From the NCBI GenBank assembly GCA_951406725.2, contig OX597836.1:1674001-1738000 (forward strand): a stretch of DNA of 64,000 nt. Reading direction: 5' to 3'. Positions 14,255 to 28,454 of this stretch are shown one piece after another. A program made the position numbers and the translations under genes. Every line of letters begins with the position of its first letter. Position 1 is the stretch's first letter. Under the pieces are notes generated by a model, which saw nothing but the letters and a program-made list of their open reading frames with translations, was not told the origin of the DNA and searched no databases. The DNA comes from Octopus vulgaris. Its lineage: Eukaryota.

Positions 14255-14370
14255 ACCAGATGGACATATATACTCACAATGCGGCTCCCCACAAAGCGTG
14301 AAATACTGTGTAGCAATGGAAACGTCTTCTATGTCCTGTAGACGGAAGAAACTTCACCACACCTGCACAT
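14255..14370 (-). mobile_element. Possible decayed gag-like zinc knuckles (non-LTR ORF1)
   Basis: Minus strand reads ...TGHRRR... then, after a frameshift, TLCGEPHCEYICP (CCHC-like). Confidence 0.3.
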
Positions 14371-15524
14371 TTTAGCCCTTAGACATCATCGCTATGGACA
14401 GCGTTTTGATTGCGTACCCCAAAAGGTTAGGCAAGTAAGGAGGTTCACCTTAATGTGCCAAACAGGTGTACGGTAAAAGAGAATTTGGTAGATACAGAAG
14501 CAGTGATAAAAGTAGATAGAAACGGACAAAAGGAATGAAAATAAAGGAAAATGATCGAAGATAATAAAAACTAGGATTACACGAAACTGCTATATACTGT
14601 ATTGAGTAGATGAAAAACCAGTTATGAAGCTGTCCAAAGAGGTCTGATATTCTTGTCAGAATACCAAGGTGGGGCTCAAATTGATGATAATACCTGTCAA
14701 CTCGCCAGAACAATACACAAGAAACATGCCGTTTTGGCCATTGTCCAATCATATCAGAAAAGAATCAGTAGACAGCTCCGGATCAATATGTTTAAAATGC
14801 AATGTTATTTATAAGTGAACCTGTGAATAGACGCACATCGGATCAAGCAAACGGTGGTTGCGCATTAGATTTGAATATTTCTATAAGACAGTTATAGCAA
14901 GTGCAGTAATTCTGTATAGAGTAATATGGCAGTCAGATATACTAGAAAAGGTCTTAGCTGAGGAAATAGAGGGAATACACTTTAAGATTGTAAGGGAAAA
15001 CTTCATCAGAAAATATGTGAGGCCACATGAATAATTTACTCTCGTAATGCAATGATGAATGAAACTTGTGGAATTTTACTATTTAAAAAAAAATATCTAT
15101 TAAGAGAAACATGCACCAATATGCAGTTAATTGATAAAGACAAACTTAAATTCGTCTGAGAAACGAGTTACGAAAGATAAAATTCTCCTGTTTAGTGGTT
15201 AAGCAATAAATACTAAACTGGACAGAATGTTTGAAGTCAATCGTTATTTTTAATGCAATTTTTGCTTACATTTTGCTGTCAATCGCACAGAACTTTAATC
15301 ATGTATTTCCCTCAATATATGTATATATGTATATATGTATATGTGTACGTATTATGTTCTCTTCCTCGTTTTAATTTAGGATAAATTTTCATCTGCCCCT
15401 TTTATTGGGAGCAAGGTTGTAAAGGAAAGTATCCCGTTAACCCCCATCCTTTCCATTTTATAAGAGCAGCTTTTTATTGTCGCTGATATCGTGGTCATTG
15501 TATGTTTCCATGTACGAATTTAAC

Positions 15525-15763
15525 GCTAAGTTACAGGGACGTAAACACATCAACATCGGTGGTCAAGTGATGGTGGGGGAGACACACAGACACGCAAATA
15601 TACACATGCATACACACACATATACATATATACGACATGCTTCTTTCAGTTTCCGTTTGCCAAATCCACTTACAAGGCTTTGGTCGACCCGAGGCTATAG
15701 TAGAAACCATTTACCCAAAGTGCCATGCCGTGAGACTAAACCCGGAACCATGTGGTTGGGAAA
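15525..15763 (-). mobile_element. SINE family A copy
   Basis: tttcagtttccgtttgccaaatccacttacaaggctttggtcgacccgaggctatagtagaa...cccggaaccatgtggttggg. Confidence 0.9.
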
Positions 15764-16854
15764 GATCAGTGTCCCTGTCCATTTACTGAGCCTCTTTGAC
15801 TGATAGAAGGGAGGAAGGCATCCTTAAGACAAAGAGATAATACAAAGGTACCCAAACACCGGTTGGTTATGTTAAATCGGAAGAGAGATTAAGTGTACGA
15901 CTCAAGTAAACCACAGTGGGATTAGAAAGAAGAACTCAAAGATCCAGAATAAATACAGCCACGGTATCTCGCTAGTAATCTAATCCACGCCTTAGTCAAC
16001 TGCTCTTGAATGGTAATTTATCAACCGGGATTGGGTGAGCGGTGAGATTCGAACTCATAGAGCCAGCTATCAGAATAGACACTTGAAAGCAATTCGCTGA
16101 ACGTTTTAGCAACACGACCAGTTCAATTCCACCATTTTCTGTATTGTTGTATGAATCAATTTTAATAAATCTGACATTTTCTTTGCAGCATTTCCAGTAA
16201 ATTCTATTAAATCTATCGCTCTATTGGTACCTGTATGTGGTCTTTTGAGATTTAAGAAATAGAAGTCAAATCTACGCCCAAATTACACGAGTGAAAGTAC
16301 AACAATACAATAACAGTCACAAACTCCTCTACGACAACTACCAGTTCCATCACCACTACCAACACTACTACCTGCAACAACAACAACAACATTATTAATA
16401 ACCACAGCAAATCGCCCACACTGTCATTTATCTGACATATAATAGCACAATATGTAACTTCGTGAAATTATGAGAAAGGACATGCCGCGTGATTAAAAGA
16501 CATTTTGTACACAGCACAGCACATGAAGCATATTGCTTATTAATATTCTTAAACCATATTTACTGTCGGTGAATATCATAATAATGTCCAGTTGTGGCTT
16601 TATGTCTGCAGACTCCCCATTAAATATTTAGACGACACTGTAAGGAAGAACGATGCCTCTCTGTGTTGTCACAGAGATGTACGCGTATATACATATATAA
16701 ATACACAAACGCACAGGTATACATGCATACATATATGTTCATATTCATAATACATATATATACACACATATATAAACATATGTATATGTATATGCATATA
16801 TACTCACATGAATATATACATTTGTGTATGTATGTATATGTATATATATATAGC

Positions 16855-16918
<64 letters not shown>

Positions 16919-17040
16919 CACACATGCATATACACACACGTATATGTATATTTAAATTTATACACGTAGATATCATTTCATTGATTGACATAGTCATAGA
17001 TCGCCTGTTTGATGGATAGCTAGATAGATACACAATACTC

Positions 17041-17091
<51 letters not shown>

Positions 17092-17741
17092 CAAACACAT
17101 ATACACATGCATATCACGTGTGTTTCGCAGACTGAGTAAGAGTATGTGTACGGATGCGTATCCACTCTTACGCCATCTTGATAGTCTCATTACGCCTCGC
17201 CTATATTTATTTGAATAATTTAACGTCGTCGGAACCCTCGCGGAAAAGCTAAGACTCAGGTCCGATGTACTCGACAGTTTTATCAAAATAATAACATTTT
17301 CGTGCTTTGCGAATAATAAACTACTTTTTCTACATACATGCAAACCAAACGCCCGCACGTACACCACACATAGACACAAACGCATATACATGCAATGCTT
17401 ACATATACATATATTTACAGATATATGCACACACACACATGTATATATGCATATGTATATACACACATATGTCCACATATACATACACACACATACACAC
17501 ATATATATATTCATATATATATTCATACACATATATATATGTATATACATATATATACGTATATATATGCATATACATATACATATATATGTATGCATAT
17601 AAATATATGTATGTATATGTATATATATATATATGTGTGTGTGTGTAGATATATGAAATATAATCAAAATTCAGATGAATTAGGTACTAAAATTGATGAA
17701 CTTTGTTAGGTCGATCTAAGTTGCCCAAACAATATCAGGTG

Positions 17742-17785
<44 letters not shown>

Positions 17786-18367
17786 CGCATACGCACAAAG
17801 CATACATATACATATGCACTCACACACACATATGTATGTAGATTTAGTTGCTGCACCTAACACATCGCTGACCTGTAATTAACCGGACTCGTATGTTATT
17901 TAAAACTTTTTAATTCCAAATACGATTGCCTGTTTTCCTAAACAGAGTTCTGAGGTTATTGCCCTTTGTATAGCTCTTAATCGTTTTATGGCTGTTGAGG
18001 CTGTAAAAGAAGTCGTTATTGGCGCATTGTCTCAAACGGTTTACTCTTAAATAATGGCGACGTTATCACCCAAGTCTTGCCTTCCATTTCAACACGTCGT
18101 TCGCTATGAGAATTATGAGTTAATATGTCAATGTTGGTTAACGATGATAAATTTGTACCATCATACACAAGAACACACACACACTTATAAACCGTTACAC
18201 ACACAAATACACAGACATACATGTAAACAGTTACACACACACAGACATATGTACACACAAATACGTAAGGACAATCGCAATGGCATATTTTACAAACACA
18301 CTTCTATACACATATATAAGCCAACATTATAGGGAAAAGTAGAAAATAGGTTATGTGATATGTTATA

Positions 18368-18503
18368 TCCCAACCACATAGTTCCGGGTTCAGTCCCAAT
18401 GCGTGGCACCTTGGTCAAGTGTCTTCTGCCATAGGCTCGGGCCGACCAAAGCCTTGTAAATGGATTTGATAGACGGAAACTGAAAGAAGCTCGTCTTATA
18501 CAT

Positions 18504-18590
<87 letters not shown>

Positions 18591-18800
18591 TACACACACA
18601 CACATATATATATATATATCTGTGCGTCTGTTTTTGTCCCCCATCATCTCTTGACAACCGATGTTAGTGTGTTTACGTCCCCGTAATATATTGGTTCAGC
18701 AAATGAGACCGATAGAATAAGTCCTGGTGTCGATTTGTTTGAATAAACGTTGTGCTCCAGCATGGCTGCAGTCAAATGACTGAAGCAAATGAAAGAATAA
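18368..18800 (+). mobile_element. SINE family A, near full length, internal (TA)n
   Basis: caaccacatagttccgggttcagtccc...ggaaactgaaagaagc [TA]n ...ttgacaaccgatg...ctccagcatggctgcagtcaaatgactgaa. Confidence 0.92.
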
Positions 18801-18869
18801 TGAACATATATATATATTTAATCCTCAAACTGTGTTTGTGTGTGTGTGTGTATATATATATATATAGAG

Positions 18870-19170
18870 ATTCCTGTTTTTGTTATTATTATTATCATTA
18901 TTGTTTTTACGTATTTTTGTATTTCTATTCGTGTAACATCGTCCGTTTTTCCGTCCTTGTTTTGTATACATTCGAGGCTTTCTTCCAAGGAATCAAATGC
19001 GCTTGGCTTAAATTTTCCTCTGGGGCTGGCCAGGTCGTAGCAATCTCAAGATTAATCAGCCGAAATTGCGAGGATGATCCGGTTCTTGACTGAAGATTGA
19101 AGGCTTCGAATGTCCCGTCCGTGTTTTTTGTATCGTCTTCTAAATGTTTTGCGTTCTTGTCCCAGTTTGT
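18870..19170 (+). mobile_element. Unclassified interspersed repeat, possibly a Penelope-like tail
   Basis: Internal direct repeat ccgtcc(t/g)tgtttt..gtat; tail gttttgcgttcttgtc recurs inverted at about 21515-21532. Confidence 0.4.
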
Positions 19171-19177
19171 ATTTTTT

Positions 19178-19262
<85 letters not shown>

Positions 19263-19391
19263 ATATAAATATATATATATATAAATATGTATGTGTATAT
19301 ATATATATGTGTGTGTGTGTAGGTATGTATATATATGCATATGTATGTGTGTATATATATTTATACATATATGCATGTAAATATGTATATA

Positions 19392-19423
<32 letters not shown>

Positions 19424-20337
19424 GAGTGAGAGAGAGGGAGAGAGAGAGAGTAAGTGAGTGTGTGTATGCATGTATTTTCATGAGTTCTTGTATTTTTGCG
19501 GAAACGCTTTTTTTCACGAAGACAAATTATCGGCTTCTGATTAACTTTTCCTTTTTGACATTCCTTGCACTGACAAACACCAAATTTCCTTAAGACACCA
19601 TCAACGTTTGACGATGCTCGCAGTGACACGTTTACAGATGGATAAAAACGACTCTTTTGAAAATTACATACGCTTTGTTCTTATAGCTGTCGTTTAAGAT
19701 GCCGAGATCCAAAAGACGGCGGCCAAAATGCTTAGTGGCATTTCTTCAAGAGTTAAAATGCTGCCGACGCCAACTTTCTTTTTGTCGAGGTCGATACAAT
19801 ATCGTTCCAGGCAGGCACTGGGGTCAGTGTTATCAATTCGCAGCCTCCTCTCAAGCTGCTGGCTTTCGGCCAAAATTCAAAAAGAATTATCGTTAATGGT
19901 GATTAAACATAGGACAGCATTCCGCTGACAGAGTTATGAACGCATATGTTCCACTTGTCTGTTTTCACACAAATTGTATCTAACTCTGTTTGGTCACACA
20001 GTCTGGTAGAAATAGCAGCCAAAATGTCTGTCTCATTAAGAGTGAAAAGTAAGCATTCATTAATCCCTTAGCATTCAGACTAATCTGTTCACATACGCCC
20101 TGGACTATAGAAGAAGAGACTTGCGCACGTGACCACGGTAGCATATGGTTGGGAAGCAAGCTTCTTTATTTTATCAAATTTTCCATAAAGGCAATACAAA
20201 GTTTGGGTAGCTTTGCGGGCTGGAGAAACACATTAATGAATGAAAATGAAATAAAATGAATTAATGAGAGGCGAAACCCAGCACCCGCCGATTGAATTTT
20301 TCTCGAAAACGCATTTTCATTTTTCAAAAATCAATAT

Positions 20338-20485
20338 GAGGTTCCAAACCTCTTACAAGAAGGAGGCACTAAAACCTCTTACTTAATATGTTTTTTTCTC
20401 TAAACACACAATTGAGGTTTATAAACCACTACAAATAATGCAATAAGATGAGGTTTCAAACCCTCTAACGAGGCTTTTTCACCTC
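20338..20485. repeat. Five degenerate 15-16 bp GAGG..CCTC palindromic units with variable spacers
   Basis: gaggttccaaacctc, gaggcactaaaacctc, gaggtttataaaccac, gaggtttcaaaccctc, gaggctttttcacctc. Confidence 0.7.
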
Positions 20486-20921
20486 CTACTCATCGATATA
20501 TCCATCAATATATGCATCATTATTCTCAATGCCGCTTCAGTTCCTGTATCCCGCTATTTCCCACGCCTCACTCATGTAGGACATGTAAGTCATGTAAGGG
20601 CCACCCGGCCATAAGGCAAACAAGCTTCTTACCACACTGCTACTCCTGTTTGCATGCTTATCTTGGGTAAATGTGAAAGGTCAAATGTGGTTGGTTTCAA
20701 CCTAAAACAGATGAAGTATTTGAGAGCCAGACGAAAGGTTGAAGTAATATGGCTTGTACATGAATATACTGTCGTTATTGTTTTTGCTTCAATTACAAGA
20801 GTATAATCCATGAACCCGCTGACCCTTGGTGGGAGCCGGGACTTTGGACTGCTGCTGCTTCTACAGCTGCGACCAACTGACTCGGGGAACGGGATGAACT
20901 CGATATGGGGGAGGAATACCG

Positions 20922-21252
20922 TCACCACCACCACCACCACCACCACCACCTCCACCACCACCATTACCACCACCACGACCAACATCACCTCCATCACCGC
21001 TGCAAACCCCTAGTACACTATTACTACACCTCTAAGTAGAATTATCCTGCCATCGCCGCTGCCGCTGCATCCATTTACTCCTCCTCCACCATCGTCACCA
21101 TCAACTTCATCAGTAGCAGCAGCACCACCACCACCACCACTACCACCACCACCACCACCACCACCACCACCACCACCACAGCAACAACAACAACAACAGC
21201 AACAACAACAACAGCAACAACAACAACAACAACAGCAACAACAAAAACAACA

Positions 21253-21288
<36 letters not shown>

Positions 21289-21307
21289 GCTGATGCTGCT
21301 GCTGCTG

Positions 21308-21372
<65 letters not shown>
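20922..21372. repeat. Compound trinucleotide microsatellites (CAC/CAA/CTA/CTG)
   Basis: Direct observation. Confidence 0.95.
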
Positions 21373-21373
<1 letters not shown>

Positions 21374-21979
21374 TCACATCCTCGACGACCTCAGCCGCTT
21401 CTGCTGCTTTACTTGGCAAACTATCCATCATTCGAGAAATCTCGCATTTCACAGATTTCTTCGCCTCAAATGTAAGGGTTTCTGGTAGAGCAAAATATAA
21501 ATAAAAAAAAACGTAAGACAAGAACGCAAAACGAGACACAGTTCTATGGGAAAGAGCGGAATATGGTGAAATATAAATATCAATTATAGTTCCTTCAAAA
21601 ATATTTTCTACTTTTCTCAAAATATCTTTCGGTTTCTCGCCCCAAATATCTGTTGCAAAAGATCAGGGCTTCCTTTCATCTTCCTCTCAGCGAAATTCAT
21701 TGCACAGATCGAGAAATTGCATCCTGCTGGGGCCATTGTTCGTTCATTTAGGAATTGTAACAGAATATGTTAATGAGCCATGAATATTGTGGGAGGGAAA
21801 CACATAGCTTTCGATGGAGATTGAAATAGCATGTGTTGGATAATTATTTGGTGTACTTAACAAGTATTACGTCGATTGGAGTGGTGGTGGAGGGTTCGAG
21901 GTATTATGGCCTCTGCACGTCTGTATTTATTGATACTTGTACGTAAGTATATGTGTACACTTATATGCAGACACACATA

Positions 21980-22173
21980 TCTATCTATATCTGTCTGTCT
22001 ATGTATGTATGTATGTATGTATGTACGTATGTTTGTATGTATGTTTGAATGTATCTATGTATGTATGTATCTATCTATCTATCCATCTATCTATCCGTCC
22101 ATCTAGCTACCTATGTATGTTTGTATGTATCTATCTATCTATCTCTCTATTTATCTATCAGTCTGTCTGTGTG

Positions 22174-22236
<63 letters not shown>

Positions 22237-22356
22237 GTCTGTCTGTCTGTCTGTCTATTTATCTATCCATCTATATATCTGTCTATTTATATATCAATCT
22301 ATCTATCTGTCTATTTATCTATTTACTTATCCATCTGTCTATCTGTTTATCTATCC

Positions 22357-22444
<88 letters not shown>

Positions 22445-22545
22445 ATCAATTAGAATGTCTATCAGTCTGTTTATCTGTCTGTCTGTGTGTGTGTGTGTGT
22501 GTGTGTTCCTCTCTCTCTCTCGCTCGCTCTCTCTCTCTCTCTTTA
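21980..22545. repeat. (GTAT)n/(CTAT)n/(CTGT)n microsatellite
   Basis: Direct observation. Confidence 0.97.
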
Positions 22546-23038
22546 TATATTAAAGGAAATTCGTGGATAAGGCCGGAACGATGCGAAATAAATCCAAGGA
22601 TATTCATAAGATGACAGATATATGAATTAACGGTGACTTACCCTGCCTTCCATATTCCAGGGTGTAGGGGTGTGACTACGTATATTTCCTATTTAGTACT
22701 GGGATGTTTCTTTTATGAAGAAGGAGAGTCCATTGTTGGAGTGCCTAGTGGATAGATAATCTATACTGACTGACTTCCTTGGCAAACCTCATTGAGGTCA
22801 TTGGTAAAACTAATTCGCTCAGTTGTACTCGTTGCTTACTAGTTTGCAGTAAACCTATTCTCTGCATTCTCTGTGAAAGCTAGCTCTGATCGAATGTTGT
22901 TATGATCGAGCCACGAGCTCCAATTTCGAATTTGAATCATGTTCTGCAACTTCCTCCTTTTCCGATCATAACCTTTCTCAGCCAATACTCGTTCTTTATC
23001 TCACATTCTGTTCTCAAACAGAGACGCTTTATTACTTA

Positions 23039-23558
23039 CTAACAATAACACCCGGTGTTGCTTGGGTTTGTTTTCTTTTCGACCATTTAGAATTGGAATT
23101 TTTGAAAAGTAAAAATTTTGCATTATGTAGCTTGTTATTTCCTTTAAATGAACATTTTTCTGGTTGAAATACACCAAAAACTGGCGATACAGCAGTCAAA
23201 AAATTGTAAAAAATAGGGACTTTCATAGAATAGAGGATAAGCCAAAGAATGGCTGAGGAAATCAGTTCTAAATAGGGAAGGATAGAGTTTATCTCATTTG
23301 AAAAATGTTCACTTTTCAAAAATTCCAATTCTAAAGGGTCGAAAAGAAAACAAACCCAAGCACCTTTTTGATGTGAATTATTTTTAGTGTTAACATGGTC
23401 CGTTTTGAATTTTTTCTTCTACGGAAAGAAGAGCAAGCCTTCTTCTATCATACTTTCAATTTTGGTCAATTTGCGTCGCAGGGTCTCGTAGGAGATTGTG
23501 TTAGTTGAAGGCTACCAAACCCGCCGTACACAGACAACTTCAGCTTTATAGAGAGAGA
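23039..23558 (-). mobile_element. Non-autonomous Helitron with internal inverted duplication
   Basis: Minus strand begins a|TCTCTCTCTATAAAG and ends hairpin acccaagcaacaccgggt...TTAG|t; termini resemble 39666-40065; about 55-bp inverted repeat at 23059-23115 / 23306-23362. Confidence 0.75.
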
Positions 23559-25950
23559 TTGAGCGGTAATTTTCTTTTCGTTGAAGATAACAGAATCCGG
23601 CCGTCTTGCCTCGATCCCTCGAATGTTGAAATTCCACGACGACTTGAAATTCCTCATTTTGTTTCACCGCTTTAGATTAATGATGGTGCCACCTACCAGC
23701 TCAATGCAAGTTATTCCATAGTTTCCACTAAACCGTGCGTATAATGCTGCCATATCTCCTGCAGTTAGTGTATTCGCTTGGTTTGTAACTAACACTTTCC
23801 CACTTTCATCACGAAGTTATCGTAAGAATGATTTAACGCTCTTAACAAGACATTTAACACAGTCTCTTCTAAGTGTTTGTTCTTGCGCTGCTGAGATAAA
23901 CTCTATCCTTCCATACTTAGAACTGGTTTCCTCGGCCATTCTTTTGCTTATCCTCTCTTTTAATCTCTAAAACAAACTGTCTTCCAATCCTTTTCTTTTT
24001 CAATTTGTCTTATTTTCTTCCATTCTGTTCTTATGCCCCTCCCCCCTGCCAATCCAGTTCTCAGAATCTCTCACATCAGGGTCTCTTAAAACAAACATCA
24101 ACATTTCTGAATTATTAGCTACATACCATCCTTGTTTCCTTTTTATTCACTTCTTATGTATTCGCCACAATTGATGAAATCTCCCCTTCTCAATTTTTCA
24201 GATGATAAAACCCGAAGACCCTTTTTGCGAATAATGTTTCATGTAATTTAATCAATTTTTTGCCCCTTCCCCTTAGACTTTCGGGATTTTCCTTTTCCAC
24301 TGGAATATTCTTCATCCACATTTCATTCAAGATGTTTATTGTCAAACCATATTTCTTCCATTTAGATTTGACTTTCACACTATTTAAAATTTTTGTTATT
24401 CCTTTCAATGTCTTTAATCTTTTTTGGCTTCTAATATTCCTAAACATTTACATTCTTTCCCGCAATGTCCTTCAATATGTCACACAACATTACCTTATGT
24501 TCAGATCCAAGAATGAATTTCTATACCGCATACCTTTTTATAATCTATCCTCACGTTAAATTGGTGTGTCCCATCTTACAATCTTTCAACATGTCAATCT
24601 GTCAATCAGCATTCACTCCCTGCAGTTACTAAGACAGAATCTTTGGCCCATCGAATAATAATCGTTGTTTCTCATATACTGAATACGAGGTCTCTGAGAT
24701 CATTACAGCCAGTAATTTTCACATACGGAGAAGACACGACATTGAATGAAGATTATCAATATTGTTTCTTTTTGCTGGGTCTCTTAAGCACAAAATTCTT
24801 TTACTTTGAGACTTCCGTGATGCTAAACATCTTCATTCAAAATGCTATAAAGCGCTGTGTCAATTCATACAGTGAGCTCCATTTCTTTAACAAGAAACCT
24901 TGAATATTGCCAAACCTTACTGTTTATTGTTGGGTGATTTTCGTTATCATTTACTAACAAACATTGCATCAAATTGTATATCATTTTGGTTTCTAATAAT
25001 ATTTTTTTCTTCCTTCAAGCCATTCCTTTTTCACGTTGTATTATTTTTGTTTTCTTAAAAAGTAATTTCAGAACCTCTTGCCAATTTCTCCTTTTCACGT
25101 CACTCCTTCGAAACTGACTCTTCCACTGAATCCTGGTGGTAAGTTTCTTGGTTTATAGTGAAGAAACCGTTTCATCTCTAATAATGCTATAGTCGTTGTT
25201 CTTGCCACTCATTCTTTGTTTTCTATTCCACTGGAACCCATTGTTAGACACATTTCCTTTCTATTGTTCATACCTCCCGTCTACGTTCCCCATAGATTTC
25301 AACTAATATTTCTTTCGCTTTCCGAACCATTAACAACCCCTCTGTTTCCCCTCTGTTTCCCTTAATATGCTTCTTTGTCAACCTCAGTTAATTCCTTTTA
25401 ATATTCCTTCTGACCTTCAGGCAGGTCCAGTTCGCTGTATTTGTATTTCGCTCTCTTATAACAAACTCTTTGCACTTCATATATCATTGCTGATAGTATG
25501 ACTGGTATCTTTATCAAAATTCTTCATAGTCTACAATAATCTATATCTTACAGGATTTTTAAAATCTTTTGCCAAATAATGTCTTTGCTTCTAATAATTA
25601 CGACTATGTGTCATTCTATCCTTCGAACATCATTGAATTCATTATCACTGTTCTTTAGTATATTTCTTCCCCTGGTAATACAATCTCCTGTACAGAACCA
25701 TTCCTTTCTTCTCTATCATCGCCATCTTCTTCTGCGTGACTAACACCATTCTTATGCCCAATTTCTAATTCCACTCTTAATCTTATTTCTTAAAGTTTTA
25801 ATTCATTTAACAACCCATTCTAAATCGTCAAACTCGGCCAAATTCTTTGTTCCGTTCCAAAAATTAACGCTTTTCTGTCCAAATTCAATACCGTTTCTCT
25901 TTACGGCCCTCCACCCCGCTAGAATTTTCCCTTGATTTCCTTGTTTGCCT
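23559..25950 (-). mobile_element. Decayed R4/Dong-clade non-LTR retrotransposon (RT and REL endonuclease)
   Basis: Minus-strand relics: RILCLRDPAKRNNIDNLHSMSCLLRM*KLLAVMIS (cf. NYRPITCL..WKLLT), IEFISAAQEQTLR (cf. AAQEQALRT), NFKSSWNFNIRGIEARRPDSVIFN (cf. KILWDFNIQ..IEARRPDIV). Upstream boundary approximate. Confidence 0.75.
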
Positions 25951-26399
25951 CAATCATATTTCACATGAACCACGTTTACCTCCGTTCACCATTTCATTGG
26001 TGCTGTATAGCTTGATGACGTTGGTGTAGTTTCTGCCGCTCCATACTAACATCAGGCAAAGAACCTAGATTTTAAATTCGAAATCAATTTATGGCGTGTA
26101 TCAATATGATTCGGTTTTTTATTGATTCAATTTGATTAGGGCTTTCCATTATGGTAAAAATTAAAGAATTTTAGATGCATTTCGAAATTTTAGAATTTTA
26201 GAGCTTAGAGAATTTTAGGATGTAGAACCAGAAGAAAGGATGAATCTTTCTAAACAACAAAGATTAAACAACTCCTATTAAGAATTTGATGAAGTAATAT
26301 GAACTCACCCCAGGATTTCTGGATCAACGTTGCCCTCTTTGTCTTTTTTTTCTTGTTCGTGATATTGTTGTAGCCGTGCTCATCGTGCATTCGTTGTTG

Positions 26400-26718
26400 T
26401 TGCTATTCTTCTTCTACTTCTTCTTCTTCTTCTTCTTCTTCATCTCCTTCTTCTTCTTCTACTTCTTCTTCTTCTTCTTCTTCTTTTACTTCTTCTTTTA
26501 CCTCTCCTTCTTCTTCTTTTACCTCTTCTTCTTCTTCTTCTTCTTCTTCTTTTACCTCTTCTTCTTCTTCTTTTACTTCTTCGTCGTCGTCTTCTTCTTC
26601 TTCTTCTTTTTCCTTCTTCTTCTTCTACTTCTACTTCTTCTTCTTCTTCTTCTTCTTCTTCGTCGTCGTCTTCTTCTTCTTCTTTTTTTCTTCCTCTTCT
26701 TCTTCTTCTTTCTCTTCT

Positions 26719-26751
<33 letters not shown>

Positions 26752-26775
26752 ACTTCTACTTCTCTTCTTCTTCTT

Positions 26776-26808
<33 letters not shown>

Positions 26809-27225
26809 ATCATCATCATCATCATCATCTTATCATAATCATGATCATGATCATCCTTATTGTTATTATTATTATTAAAACTTCTCTTGTTGTTATTGTT
26901 GCTGTTGTTAACATCATTATCATAAAAATAATTAATATTGCTGTTGTTATTGATATTATAATTATTATTATTATTAGTAGTAGTAGTTGTACTATTATGG
27001 TTGTTTTTTTTATTTTATTAATATCCATTTACAACATATAAGATCATTCTCGTCATTTGCATCATCATCACCATCATCATCACAATCCCCCTCCTCCTCC
27101 TCACCATCATCATCATCCTCACCATTATCATCACCATCACCACCACCACCACCACCACCATATAGTTCTTTATTTTTATTTGGCTGTTTGTTTCTTCTTC
27201 TCTTCTTCTTCTTCTTCTTCTTTTT
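26400..27225. repeat. (CTT)n, (CAT)n, (ATT)n, (CAC)n compound microsatellite
   Basis: About 400 bp of near-pure CTT polypyrimidine followed by other triplets. Confidence 0.97.
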
Positions 27226-27883
27226 ATTCATTTATTTATTTAATAAATTTAAAACATTATTCCTTCTTCGAGCCGAATTGACGTCTTTTCTTTATTTCGA
27301 TATTTTTTTCTCTCCACTCTTTTCTATAATCCCTGTCTTCTAAATAGATTGTTAATCATATAGAATACCATTAACATTACCATTAACGACATCTCCACTT
27401 TTCATCTGACAAAAAATAAAAAAATATTCTTTCAAGAAAATAAATAAAAAAAATTAATAAATATTCTAAATATTCTAATTATTTTAAAACTATTCAACAG
27501 TTTAATTCTAAATATGGCGGATTCTATATTTTTATCATTTGTCTTCTATTTTCGCTTTTCATCCATTCTATATCTTTCTCACTCACTCGATTTTAACTCT
27601 TTGCTCACAAATGCACACACGCGTGTACACTCGTTCATATATATACACACCTCCAAATAATATATTGATGTATATGTACACATAGTGTGCTGACGCTTAC
27701 GCTGCCATAGATATACACAGCTATAATTGTAAAAACATACGCACATACAAATATATATACATGTAATTATATATACGATTCACGTATATGAATGTATACA
27801 TAGATAAGTGCGTGCATACATATATGCATACAAATGAAACCACACACACAAATGCACACACATATTCATACATATACGTATAT

Positions 27884-27934
<51 letters not shown>

Positions 27935-27955
27935 CGTATGTATGTATACAGGTAT

Positions 27956-27994
<39 letters not shown>

Positions 27995-28043
27995 AATATA
28001 TATATATAAATATATATATATATACATATATATACATATATAT

Positions 28044-28091
<48 letters not shown>

Positions 28092-28414
28092 ATCTATCTA
28101 TCCATATATACGTGTATCTATATACATATATATATATTTATATATATATAGATATAAACACATATGCATATGTATATATATATATGCATATATACATATA
28201 CACACACACACAGACACACTCCATTATGCATGCAAATAAAATTACTGCCCCCCCTCCTTCCACAAACGCAATGATTATTTCATCTTTTCGCTTCTTCTCA
28301 ATAAATCTCTATAAGTTCAGCAATAGCCAGCTGTGTATCCTACTCACTGTGTGTCAGAGCTTCCACTGCTCCTCCCCTCTCTCTCTCTCTCTGTCTCATT
28401 CTCTCTCTCTCTGT

Positions 28415-28454
<40 letters not shown>

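Noticed and set aside
19085-19120. Hammerhead at ctgaagattgaaggcttcgaatgtc
   Set aside because: GAAU instead of GAAA and no convincing stems I or III
20338-20485. CRISPR array
   Set aside because: Units short and degenerate, spacers 4-35 bp, eukaryotic context, no cas genes
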